The translations under genes and the position numbers were made by a program. This document shows positions 7,424 to 15,838 of a DNA stretch of 64,000 nt, in pieces. Numbering within the stretch: the stretch's first letter is position 1; each line of letters begins with the position of its first letter. The notes beneath the pieces are model-generated. The model worked only from the letters and a program-made list of their open reading frames with translations. It was not told the DNA's origin and did no database searches. Source of the stretch: a virus (Duplodnaviria > Caudoviricetes); the IMG/VR virus record IMGVR_UViG_3300012983_000001, positions 1 through 64,000 of that record, one strand, 5' to 3'.

Positions 7424-7583
7424 GCATCTTCGTCTAGCTTACGAGATAGAGTACTCAATGTCAACTAAGTGAACTCGGTGAAAGCACCCTGATTAGGGTG
7501 TGACGGGTGAACGCCAAGCAGCAATGAGTAGCGCTCCATGTCGCCTTGGCAAGTAGTTCTGGGTTCGACTCCTGGGGGATGCA
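7424..7583 (+). ncRNA. tRNA-like RNA with 67-nt insertion in the anticodon loop
   Basis: Acceptor GCATCTT/GGGATGC+A, D stem TCTA/TAGA, stem TACTCA/TGAGTA enclosing 7458-7524, T arm CTGGG-TTCGACT-CCTGG. Confidence 0.6.
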
Positions 7584-7597
7584 TTCAAGAGTTTCTT

Positions 7598-7669
7598 GCA
7601 CGGGTAGTTGAGCGGGACAACGCCAGGCCTGGGGCTTGGAAGTCGCGAGTTCGAATCTCGTTCTGTGCG
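7598..7669 (+). tRNA. tRNA-Pro (TGG), atypical
   Basis: Acceptor GCACGGG/TCTGTGC, D stem GTTG/CAAC, CCAGG-ccTGGgg-CTTGG (C at position 33), T-loop TTCGAAT. Confidence 0.7.
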
Positions 7670-7772
7670 GAAAAAGAAACTTTGACACCAGGCATAGTCA
7701 TTCGGCGGGTGGATACTACTATACAGCACAAGATGCAATGGACGGTATCGAAAGAACTGTTGACTAATAATA

Positions 7773-7806
7773 AGAGCCCAGGGACCGCCTGGGCTTTATT
7801 TATTTT
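7773..7806 (+). terminator. Intrinsic terminator after tRNA group
   Basis: AGCCCAGG/CCTGGGCT stem then TTATTTATTTT. Confidence 0.7.
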
Positions 7807-7819
7807 GAGGAGGACAATT

Positions 7820-8344
7820 ATGACAACAGAAAAAGTATTATTGATTATTTGTATCTTAATTGAGGTGTATCATGTATGTTTACATGATTACATACAAACG
7901 ATTTCTAAACCTATCTTGGAACGGCATAAGTGGGCAGATGCTTACAAAAACATGACTGAAAGTGTAATGACTTTGTCGGAATCTATTAGTAAAAACCCTG
8001 ACCTTAATAAGCATTTGGACATAAACATTTTACTGCTTATGTTAAAGGGCATTTCGGCAATTGGTGGCCCGACAAGATTCAGGGATAGCGTATTCAAGGA
8101 AATTCCACCGAAACAGCTAGGTATGTTTATACTGCTCCAGCTTGTTGAGCTCATATACTGGGTAATTTCCTTTATATTAGCATGTATATTGCCACACGGT
8201 ACTGGTTTTATCATGTTCTTAACGCTTATGTTGTTGAGCTGGATACAATCTAAAAACAACAAAGCCAAGAATCCGATAAAGTATTGGTACTTAGCAGACA
8301 GTCTTATCTGTAATACTATGTTCATCGCACTTTGTTGTATGTAA
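7820..8344 (+). CDS. Membrane protein
   Basis: ATG 7820 after GAGGAGG; several hydrophobic segments. Confidence 0.75.
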   Translation: MTTEKVLLIICILIEVYHVCLHDYIQTISKPILERHKWADAYKNMTESVMTLSESISKNPDLNKHLDINILLLMLKGISAIGGPTRFRDSVFKEIPPKQLGMFILLQLVELIYWVISFILACILPHGTGFIMFLTLMLLSWIQSKNNKAKNPIKYWYLADSLICNTMFIALCCM

Positions 8345-8350
8345 CACGAT

Positions 8351-8376
8351 AGCCCCTTCCTAGCGGAAGGGGCTTA
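8351..8376 (+). terminator. Hairpin / probable terminator
   Basis: AGCCCCTTCC-TAGC-GGAAGGGGCT. Confidence 0.6.
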
Positions 8377-8397
8377 AATATTTAAGGAGGTATCATA

Positions 8398-9102
8398 ATG
8401 GCCAAGCTTTCAAAACGAGTTAGTAAGGGCTTAGGCTCTGCTATCAAAGAAGCCAAAGATAAAATCAATGGCACTGTAACAAACATCAATGACACTGAAG
8501 ATATCGAGAATACTACTGAACAATCTGATGCGGAAGCCTTACTTAATACAGGAGTCAAGGCACAGAAGAAGCGTAGAAAGGGAACAAAGACAACTGACGC
8601 TCAACCAGTCGAAGTTCATGATAATTCATTATTCGAAGCCTTAGATATTCCAGAGGAAGGACCAGAGCCACAAACATTTGAAGAGTTTTGTGAGCGTGAA
8701 TTTCAAAAAGCGAAAGAGAAAGGATTGCCTGAGCCAGATTTTGATTTTAGAAACTTCTATGAGAGAGGTCAGACAATTTTCTTTGTACACGTTCTTGCAG
8801 CATACGGTACTAAGGAAATCATTAATTTGAAAGTACGTACCGTATATCCACGTATGATTGTTGGCACAACCAAGGCTGGATGTTATTGTATCAGCTATAA
8901 TGAACGTGACCAGGTATTCTTCAAGCATTATGAAGCAGAAGCATATGCGGCAACGCTTAACTTGACACCGAAATATACCCTTAAATCGTCCAAATCCGCG
9001 TCTGACAAGGAAGAGGATACAGATGACAGGGTAGAAGATGAAAACTCAGAATTTGAGGCAAATACAAGCCCAGAGGAGGTCATAAATGGGAAAGAAGATT
9101 AA
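8398..9102 (+). CDS. Hypothetical protein with charged low-complexity termini
   Basis: AAGGAGG RBS. Confidence 0.8.
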   Translation: MAKLSKRVSKGLGSAIKEAKDKINGTVTNINDTEDIENTTEQSDAEALLNTGVKAQKKRRKGTKTTDAQPVEVHDNSLFEALDIPEEGPEPQTFEEFCEREFQKAKEKGLPEPDFDFRNFYERGQTIFFVHVLAAYGTKEIINLKVRTVYPRMIVGTTKAGCYCISYNERDQVFFKHYEAEAYAATLNLTPKYTLKSSKSASDKEEDTDDRVEDENSEFEANTSPEEVINGKED

Positions 9103-9265
9103 AAACTTTATATGTAACAGTATCGGTTCCATTTCTGCTGTCGAAAAACAGATAAATGAATTCGGAGCAACACATAACATACTGGATATTAAAGTATGTA
9201 CAACTGTACACAAACCTCATATTGAGTTTTTGGTTATTTATACTGTTATCTATCAGGAGGATTAG
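9086..9265 (+). CDS. Small hypothetical protein (59 aa)
   Basis: GAGGAGG RBS, MGKKIKNFIC...YQED; fills gap between genes. Confidence 0.6.
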   Translation: MGKKIKNFICNSIGSISAVEKQINEFGATHNILDIKVCTTVHKPHIEFLVIYTVIYQED

Positions 9266-9269
9266 TGCA

Positions 9270-9560
9270 ATGAGTAGATTTGTATCGAATAAATCCTGTG
9301 AGATGTGTCATAAAATCGAAACAGGTTTAACCGAAATGGTTGTTGGAAAGATAAAGCATTATCTGTGTTATAAGTGTATGGCTGTATTTGCATTTGATAT
9401 ATTCGAATTTGCATCACATAATCTGCGTAATGAATTTGAAGCAGAAGGTTATACTATTGATTCTGAATACGGAGGTTATACCGTTAAAGCAATACCAAGA
9501 GCAAGTATAGCATTTGCGAAAGGAGAGGTAGCTAATGGCGAATCAACTGAGAGTACCTAA
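9270..9560 (+). CDS. Zinc-finger-like hypothetical protein
   Basis: AGGAGG RBS; CEMC...CYKC. Confidence 0.7.
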   Translation: MSRFVSNKSCEMCHKIETGLTEMVVGKIKHYLCYKCMAVFAFDIFEFASHNLRNEFEAEGYTIDSEYGGYTVKAIPRASIAFAKGEVANGESTEST

Positions 9561-9723
9561 TACAGACAGTTATCTTACCTGGGTACGAACAACAGACAAT
9601 AAGACAGGTGAAGAATCACTGTCATTTACGGTACGAGAAAAGAACGGCAATCCAATTGCAAAAGCTAAGATAACAGCAGAACAGCTTCATGCATATGTAT
9701 GCTTACATAATACCATGAAATAG
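9535..9723 (+). CDS. Hypothetical protein
   Basis: GGAGAGG RBS. Confidence 0.65.
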   Translation: MANQLRVPNTDSYLTWVRTTDNKTGEESLSFTVREKNGNPIAKAKITAEQLHAYVCLHNTMK

Positions 9724-9733
9724 GAGGTACCTT

Positions 9734-10351
9734 ATGTCAATCATACGTCCATTACGAGCTACTGATTTTAAGCATCGTGAAGTAATTCCAGCTATGTATC
9801 GTGGTAAATCCAGATATCTAAAAACAGGAGAAATGTATAATGTTACTGCTACAAATGACCCATATTTGGTCACAGTCAAGCGTTCGTTTAATCCACAGCT
9901 ATATATGAGCAATGGTGGAGTACGATTTGCAATACATACATTTGGTATAGAGGAGGAGGAAAGACCAATGGTTGTTTCATTTAAAGATTTGAGCCCTGAA
10001 GACCAAGAGATTTTATTGGCAGAAGCTCGTGAAATGGTTGAACAGGAAAACATTCAGAAGAATGCTAGAGCAGTATTTGCACAGAAAAAGAGAGAATTGA
10101 CGGAACAAAATGTTAATGTAATATGTAGTGACTATGGTATCAAAGCCAAGAAGCACGAAACTGCTATGCATCAGAGATACATTAACGTTGTTAACTTGAT
10201 ATATCGTGTAAATTTAATCGGTTCTGCTGGTCTTGATGCTACAGGTCTTAATTCCATTACATCTAAAGATGAATGGGAACTGTATGAAAAGATTGCTAAT
10301 GCAACTGCGGAGTTCTTTATTAACTGTCATACAATGTTCCGCAAGAAATAG
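9734..10351 (+). CDS. Hypothetical protein
   Basis: AGGAGG RBS. Confidence 0.8.
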   Translation: MSIIRPLRATDFKHREVIPAMYRGKSRYLKTGEMYNVTATNDPYLVTVKRSFNPQLYMSNGGVRFAIHTFGIEEEERPMVVSFKDLSPEDQEILLAEAREMVEQENIQKNARAVFAQKKRELTEQNVNVICSDYGIKAKKHETAMHQRYINVVNLIYRVNLIGSAGLDATGLNSITSKDEWELYEKIANATAEFFINCHTMFRKK

Positions 10352-10360
10352 GAGGCATTC

Positions 10361-10537
10361 ATGAGGAAACTTATTAATAGAATCATTTATCGTCTTAAGT
10401 ATCGTGCAAGACGTAAGAAATTCGATGCATTGTGTCCGCATATTCCATGTCAGCAATGCGAAGAATTCTTTGATATCGGAGGTAAATGTGTGTGTTCGCT
10501 TTTTGAACAGACAAGATTGGAGGAAAACAATGGCTAA
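10361..10537 (+). CDS. Small basic Cys-rich protein (58 aa)
   Basis: AGGAGG RBS; MRKLINRIIYRLKYRARRKK...CPHIPCQQC...CVC. Confidence 0.6.
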   Translation: MRKLINRIIYRLKYRARRKKFDALCPHIPCQQCEEFFDIGGKCVCSLFEQTRLEENNG

Positions 10538-10961
10538 GTATAATATTTATGCTGTTGCTTATGGTTTAGACCCTAAGACCCAACAGCCAGTATGTAATCT
10601 TAAATTCCGCAAGTGGGAAGATTGCAAGCCTTATGTTGTTGATGTTAAAGGAGCTAGATACAAAGGCTTCTTAACCGAAACTGAAGCTGATGAATGGTTA
10701 GCAAAAACCATTGCTATTCCATTCGAAAAGAACGTTGAAACCTTAAGACCATCGGAAGTTAAGGCCGAGCCTGTTTCTGCGCCGAAGGAAAATAAGGAAT
10801 CATTTTATGACCCTGATTTCCATCAGTTATGCGTAGACCTTGGCATTCTGCCTTCCGCTATGGTTATGTATCTCCAGAGGAAGTTTGTAGAACAGCAGAA
10901 AGCAATCAAGTCAATGCAGGATGGATTGGCAGCACTGAAGAGCGATTTGCCATTCGTTTAA
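10530..10961 (+). CDS. RNase H1 N-terminal hybrid-binding (viroplasmin/Cauli_VI) domain protein, no catalytic domain
   Basis: YAVAYG...F.KWEDCKPYV..VKGARYKGF.T..EA..WL; GGAGG RBS. Confidence 0.8.
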   Translation: MAKYNIYAVAYGLDPKTQQPVCNLKFRKWEDCKPYVVDVKGARYKGFLTETEADEWLAKTIAIPFEKNVETLRPSEVKAEPVSAPKENKESFYDPDFHQLCVDLGILPSAMVMYLQRKFVEQQKAIKSMQDGLAALKSDLPFV

Positions 10962-11003
10962 TGACTAAAGTCTATGACTAAACTAGGGTTTTTAATGACT
11001 AAA
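10961..11003. repeat. Three ATGACTAAA direct repeats
   Basis: Copies at 10961, 10974, 10995 at the start of a ~950-bp gene-free region. Confidence 0.7.
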
Positions 11004-11695
11004 TGTACTTGTCTTGAGCTGTAAGAAGACATAGTTTCTCCCCCTAGCCCCGAAAATGAACTAGGGGGAGGTCTATGTCAGTGCTTGTCTCTCGCATTTT
11101 GACAGTATCTTTAGTTTGGTTATCATTTCAGATAACCCTCATACCCACATCCATGATATTCCGTATGTGTTATCTCTAAATATCAGTATCCAGTATATGC
11201 ATCCATATACCATCCAAGTATTGATATTATCATCGAGATAGTGGTATGAGCTCCCTATGTTTACATCATGGCCCACGAACCCATCGTCTGTTTTGCTTTT
11301 GGAAAAGCGAGGATGACCGATGTAGCTTCCTCAGTACAGGTGTGTAAGATACGCCACAACCTGTCTGCCGAGATTCTACTGAAGGGGCTCTCAGCGCCAC
11401 CACCGTTTATTATCCTGTGTACGTCTCCACAGTTATTTATTATTATACAGGTTTAATCCTGTCGTATGTGCTGATAATCTAGGAAATCACTTTAGAGCTG
11501 ATTGGCACTCAATGTCTATCTGGGTTAGTTTATTACTCGCAGCGTATAGACTTTATCTACGAGACGATTACAAGCATTGATACAGTTTTACTATGTATGT
11601 GCATGTCTACACAATTTTTTGCAATAAAAAAACTTATACCGAATGGTATAAGTCGACAAATGTACACAATTATCATAGTTACACTGTAAAGATTC

Positions 11696-11724
11696 TTGAC
11701 ATGTAGAAACGATGGTGTTATAAT
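11696..11724 (+). promoter_or_regulatory. Consensus sigmaA promoter
   Basis: TTGACA-17 nt-TATAAT with extended -10 TG. Confidence 0.85.
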
Positions 11725-11730
11725 CTATGT

Positions 11731-11880
11731 AAACATACAATTCTATGTGTGGTAGTGCTTGTACCATTCAGAACCTATTTCGATACTGCTAATATCGAAT
11801 AGGAGTTTTGTATTAACTACATGGTAGCATAGCTACCACGAAAAGTCAAGCCTGTTCTTCGGAACAGGCTTTTACTTTTT
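11731..11880 (+). ncRNA. Candidate ~150-nt small RNA or attenuator leader
   Basis: Between a perfect promoter and terminator AAGCCTGTTC-TTCG-GAACAGGCTT; folds as one long interrupted hairpin 11749-11839. Confidence 0.55.
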
Positions 11881-11917
11881 CTGTTTATTCCTAACGGAAT
11901 CATTGTAGGAGGTTAAT

Positions 11918-12475
11918 ATGAATCAATATATTTGGAAGGATGTCGTAAGAATCCATGACCAAGTCTATGCTGAAGAACACCCTATTAGTGGCGAGGCCGA
12001 TGCCTTTGGTGTGTATAATCTTGATGATTTTTTCTCAGCAGTTGCAGAAAAATATGGCGTTGATTATGACGATATCGAGACATATACTATGGATGATATT
12101 GACTTCGACGCACGCAAAGTCCGTTTTGGAGCAGAAGACTGCGGTTGTTATATCAATGGTGTAGCAGAATGGATGCTGGACCAAAGAATCTTGTCTGATA
12201 GAAACGAAGAGAAATTAGATGCATTTGCAAATACCAAACAGCAATTATTATCTTCATCATCAGATATTCTTCATGGTATTGAATGTCATTTTGGAATGCC
12301 TTCACGTAGGTTATGTTACGATTGTCCATATGGGCCTCATTCTGACCAGTGTGAAAAGCTTTTAGCTAATGAATTAAAATTCTTTGTCAGTCTAACCAAG
12401 ATGTTGGTAACTGCACAAGCTCCAGTATCTGAAATGCCAACGCTTATAATTCCCAACAAGAAGGAGGATAAATAA
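11918..12475 (+). CDS. Hypothetical protein with Cys cluster
   Basis: AGGAGG RBS; C...CYDCPY...C. Confidence 0.8.
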   Translation: MNQYIWKDVVRIHDQVYAEEHPISGEADAFGVYNLDDFFSAVAEKYGVDYDDIETYTMDDIDFDARKVRFGAEDCGCYINGVAEWMLDQRILSDRNEEKLDAFANTKQQLLSSSSDILHGIECHFGMPSRRLCYDCPYGPHSDQCEKLLANELKFFVSLTKMLVTAQAPVSEMPTLIIPNKKEDK

Positions 12476-12840
12476 TGTTATCATCAGTTGATACACTCAT
12501 TGGTACTACTGTTGGTCAAATAGCAACAGAATTATATCCAGAATTGGAACCAATAGAGATTGAATTTGAATACACCGACGCTAAAGAAGGTGTACAGTTA
12601 CTTGTTGGCTATGAAGAAGATGAAGGTAAGTATAAGATTGCGTTTAACCGTAGTGATGACGGTATGGTTATTGCATCATTTTTTGCAGCTGGTTTTGCAA
12701 TGCTTATCTTTCATCTGCATACAGGCCAATATACTCATCCTGTATTGCGCAGGGCAGAAGCTGAAACTTCAAGTTACAAAACTATTTTTGAGAACATCAT
12801 GAGCGAATGTCGTAAGCGCAAGGAAAAGGAGGTAAAATAA
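12475..12840 (+). CDS. Hypothetical protein
   Basis: TAATG coupling, AAGGAGG RBS. Confidence 0.75.
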   Translation: MLSSVDTLIGTTVGQIATELYPELEPIEIEFEYTDAKEGVQLLVGYEEDEGKYKIAFNRSDDGMVIASFFAAGFAMLIFHLHTGQYTHPVLRRAEAETSSYKTIFENIMSECRKRKEKEVK

Positions 12841-13079
12841 TGGAAGACAACCAACAAGTAGAATTTCGTAATCTTGATGGTGTTTACTTCCGTATGACAC
12901 GTAATGGAAAGCACCAAAATATTTGTTTTTCTGACATGACAGAAGAAGAAATGGATAGTATCCTAAACAAACAGGATGCACCATGGTTACGTCAGATGTG
13001 TAAACTTTTAGGCAAAACACTAAGAGACATTGGTGACCAGTTAAATATTATTTCAGGCGACGAGGAGGAAGATAACTAA
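12840..13079 (+). CDS. Hypothetical phage protein
   Basis: TAATG coupling; RNLDGVYFR..R.GK..NICFSD. Confidence 0.75.
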   Translation: MEDNQQVEFRNLDGVYFRMTRNGKHQNICFSDMTEEEMDSILNKQDAPWLRQMCKLLGKTLRDIGDQLNIISGDEEEDN

Positions 13080-13264
13080 TGTTTACGCAGATTTGTGTCG
13101 GTATTGTTATTCTGATTTTGTTATTTATTGTTACCAGCATTATAGCACTGCTTTTAGCAGGCAAAGACGAAGAGTGCATTGGTACAATCGCCTGGATTAT
13201 TAGTACTTTAGGCTTTGGAATATGCCTTACGATACTATTGTATCAAAACGGAATAATCAAATAG
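13079..13264 (+). CDS. Small two-helix membrane protein
   Basis: Two hydrophobic segments; TAATG coupling. Confidence 0.7.
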   Translation: MFTQICVGIVILILLFIVTSIIALLLAGKDEECIGTIAWIISTLGFGICLTILLYQNGIIK

Positions 13265-13274
13265 GAGGTACAGC

Positions 13275-13715
13275 ATGATAAGAGAAATTGTTACCGATGT
13301 AGACGCTTTATCCAAACCATGTGATATGATTGCTAAGAAAGACTTTAAAAGAGCCCGTGCAATCGTACAGGATTTAATGGAAACAGCTATACATAATAAC
13401 GAAACTAACGAGAAGAAATGCTGTGGTTTGGCGGCGAATCAGATTGGCGAGAATGTTAAGATATTCATCGCACAGATGCCAGATGGCAGATTTGAGCCAT
13501 TCATTAACGCAGTCATTGTAGCTCATTCCAACAGCACGCATGAAAGCACAGAGGCGTGCATGTCATTGGAAGGCGAGCGTACCGTTACACGCTATGATTC
13601 TATTAGCGTTATGTATCAAACAATGGCTGGCAAGTATGTGAAGCGAAACTTTGGTGGCTTCACTGCTGTAGAATTACAACATGAAATTGACCACACCAAA
13701 GGTATTTTGATTTAG
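13275..13715 (+). CDS. def: Peptide deformylase
   Basis: Motifs CGLAANQIG, EACMS, QHEIDH. Confidence 0.95.
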   Translation: MIREIVTDVDALSKPCDMIAKKDFKRARAIVQDLMETAIHNNETNEKKCCGLAANQIGENVKIFIAQMPDGRFEPFINAVIVAHSNSTHESTEACMSLEGERTVTRYDSISVMYQTMAGKYVKRNFGGFTAVELQHEIDHTKGILI

Positions 13716-13725
13716 GAGGTTATCC

Positions 13726-14367
13726 ATGATTAAAATGCTAAGCAGAATTTCTCCTACCCATTTGTCAATTATGATTACAATGGACGGATATCCGTTTCCA
13801 TTGGGTAGTGCCGAATGCAGTAAGTATTACGGTAAAAGAGAAATGTATTTTAATAGGCTCTACGTGAGGCCAGAGTGTCGTAGAAAGGGCTACGGTACCA
13901 AGATGCTACAACGATTACTTGACATCATCAAGAAGAGTCAGTTTGCGCTTCAGCTAGATATCAATCCTTATGGTGATATGAGCTATGCTGAGCTAGAACG
14001 ATTTTATATGAAACACGGGTTTAGGAAATATAAGGACGATGATGGAGATTTCCATACTTACTATTACAACAAGGAGGTATTGGAAATGGAACTAAATCAT
14101 GAAATGAGCTTAGATAAGAATACTGTTGCTATCGTTATGGAGGAGCAAACATTCTGGATTGGTGATAATGCCAATGTAGAAGTAAAAGCAACTCTTTATG
14201 AGTTAAGCGATGGTACTTATCAGTTAGCAACTTGGTTAAATGGCGGAACAACGCAATTTAATTCTATTGCGTATACTGGTTCTGTTGAGAATCAGGAAGA
14301 GATTCTGGCCGCAATGGAAGCTCTTATTTACGATAATGAAACAGACATTTTATCATGGAGCAAATAA
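13726..14367 (+). CDS. GNAT acetyltransferase with C-terminal acidic extension
   Basis: LYVRPECRRKGYGTKML and FYMKHGF; internal AAGGAGG plus in-frame ATG at 14086. Confidence 0.85.
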   Translation: MIKMLSRISPTHLSIMITMDGYPFPLGSAECSKYYGKREMYFNRLYVRPECRRKGYGTKMLQRLLDIIKKSQFALQLDINPYGDMSYAELERFYMKHGFRKYKDDDGDFHTYYYNKEVLEMELNHEMSLDKNTVAIVMEEQTFWIGDNANVEVKATLYELSDGTYQLATWLNGGTTQFNSIAYTGSVENQEEILAAMEALIYDNETDILSWSK

Positions 14368-14368
14368 C

Positions 14369-14590
14369 ATGGGTATATTGCATCAAGAAAGACCAGCAAG
14401 ACAATTTGTTGAAGATATGCATAGCAGGCGGGTGACGTTAGATTCGTTCATCCGCCTGCTTAATTTATGGTCTCAACTAAATTCGACTGAGAGACAAGAA
14501 GTATTTGATATATGTGAATTAGAACATGCAGATATGTATCGAGGAGTATTTCCTTCGGAGGATAGCGATGAAGATAATTACAACTCATGA
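14369..14590 (+). CDS. Hypothetical protein
   Basis: GGAG RBS, operon packing. Confidence 0.6.
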   Translation: MGILHQERPARQFVEDMHSRRVTLDSFIRLLNLWSQLNSTERQEVFDICELEHADMYRGVFPSEDSDEDNYNS

Positions 14591-14798
14591 TGAAGCAGTA
14601 TTGCTCTATACAAGATGTCAAAAACTTGTATGTGAACAATGTGTGCTTGAGCCTTTATGCAAACCTAGTTTGCCTAGTGTTACCATCAGAAGTAACAAAG
14701 GTATTGTTAGAGAATCCATTATGAGTGAGATTCCAACGCTTTTGATACAGAAAGGTGATGATAATGAAAATACTCATGGAAACCAAAGAAGAACGTGA
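14568..14798 (+). CDS. Small Cys-rich protein (paralog A)
   Basis: GGAGG RBS; C-x4-C-x2-C-x5-C; ends SEIPTLLIQKGD. Confidence 0.7.
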   Translation: MKIITTHDEAVLLYTRCQKLVCEQCVLEPLCKPSLPSVTIRSNKGIVRESIMSEIPTLLIQKGDDNENTHGNQRRT

Positions 14799-14967
14799 TG
14801 CTTTCCTTGAGAGGTGTGATAGCAGAGATTGTGTTGATTGCATTCTGTATAATGAATGCAGTGATGAACTCTTTGTACTTGAGCGAGATTACAAAATGAG
14901 TAAGATACAATCACGAATACCAACAGTAATGATTCAGAAAGGAGATGGAAAGGTAAATGGCACTTAA
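14764..14967 (+). CDS. Small Cys-rich protein (paralog B)
   Basis: Same Cys spacing; ends SRIPTVMIQKGD. Confidence 0.7.
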   Translation: MKILMETKEERDAFLERCDSRDCVDCILYNECSDELFVLERDYKMSKIQSRIPTVMIQKGDGKVNGT

Positions 14968-15826
14968 ACATTATGCAGATACGATAGTGGAAAAACTAAA
15001 GGGTCAAGGATTTGTAATTCAAAGATATGACGCCTATAGTACCTCTTCTATCTACTTAAAGTTGGATTACGGAGTATGTAATACTATCCGTATTAGTGAC
15101 CACGAAGGAAAGGAATACTTGCAGTATCGCTATAATCTTATTATCGGTGGTGAAGACAATATCATCGAAGATAAATATATGCGTTACTATTATAACGAGA
15201 ACAGCATTAAGGCTATGCTAATGCAAATACTTCTCGATAGACAGGAAAAACTTCAGAAATATGGCAAAGAACGATATCGCGGATACATGGTTAAAAACAT
15301 GAATGAACATAAGAATGACCGAGGGTTTTGGCATGGAGCTAAGCTTGTCACTCATGACATTGATGTATTGGACCATATTGCAACACAGCGATATAATGCT
15401 TCACAAGGACACGGATATCGTGCAACTCAGGTTTTTGTTGACGAAGACGTTGTCCGTACATTTGGACAACAGGTTACGCCAGAAAAGATAGAGGATGGCA
15501 TATATGCTATTGGTCCTCAGATTGCGATAGACCTTACAAAACAGGTTTTTGCAAATCAGCATCAATTAGATAATTCCGTAAGGTTTAAGCCAGGTGACAA
15601 AGTCAAAGTAACAGTATCATTTCGTGAACTTGTAAGATACTTTATGACATGTGATGAAACAGATAAACAAGCAGAAACACATGCATTACAAATCCTTGGA
15701 AAAGCGGAATACAATGTAGGCACCAACTTAGGTGCGACAAAGTGTGATGAAGGTATCTTTTACACCATAGAGTTTCCATTGGTTCCAATGGAATTTTTGC
15801 CTGAAGATTTTCTCGATAGAGTATAA
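14957..15826 (+). CDS. Hypothetical phage protein
   Basis: Long ORF with SIYLKLD...IRISDH motif. Confidence 0.8.
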   Translation: MALKHYADTIVEKLKGQGFVIQRYDAYSTSSIYLKLDYGVCNTIRISDHEGKEYLQYRYNLIIGGEDNIIEDKYMRYYYNENSIKAMLMQILLDRQEKLQKYGKERYRGYMVKNMNEHKNDRGFWHGAKLVTHDIDVLDHIATQRYNASQGHGYRATQVFVDEDVVRTFGQQVTPEKIEDGIYAIGPQIAIDLTKQVFANQHQLDNSVRFKPGDKVKVTVSFRELVRYFMTCDETDKQAETHALQILGKAEYNVGTNLGATKCDEGIFYTIEFPLVPMEFLPEDFLDRV

Positions 15827-15838
15827 GGAGGTAGTTAC

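Noticed and set aside
7694-7797. ZTP (pfl) riboswitch-like look (GGCGGGTGG upstream and GACCGCCTGGGC downstream)
   Set aside because: The 3' part is a perfect hairpin plus T tract that is better explained as a terminator, the core pfl 5' consensus is missing, and the downstream gene is unrelated to folate/purine metabolism. An Rfam scan would settle it.
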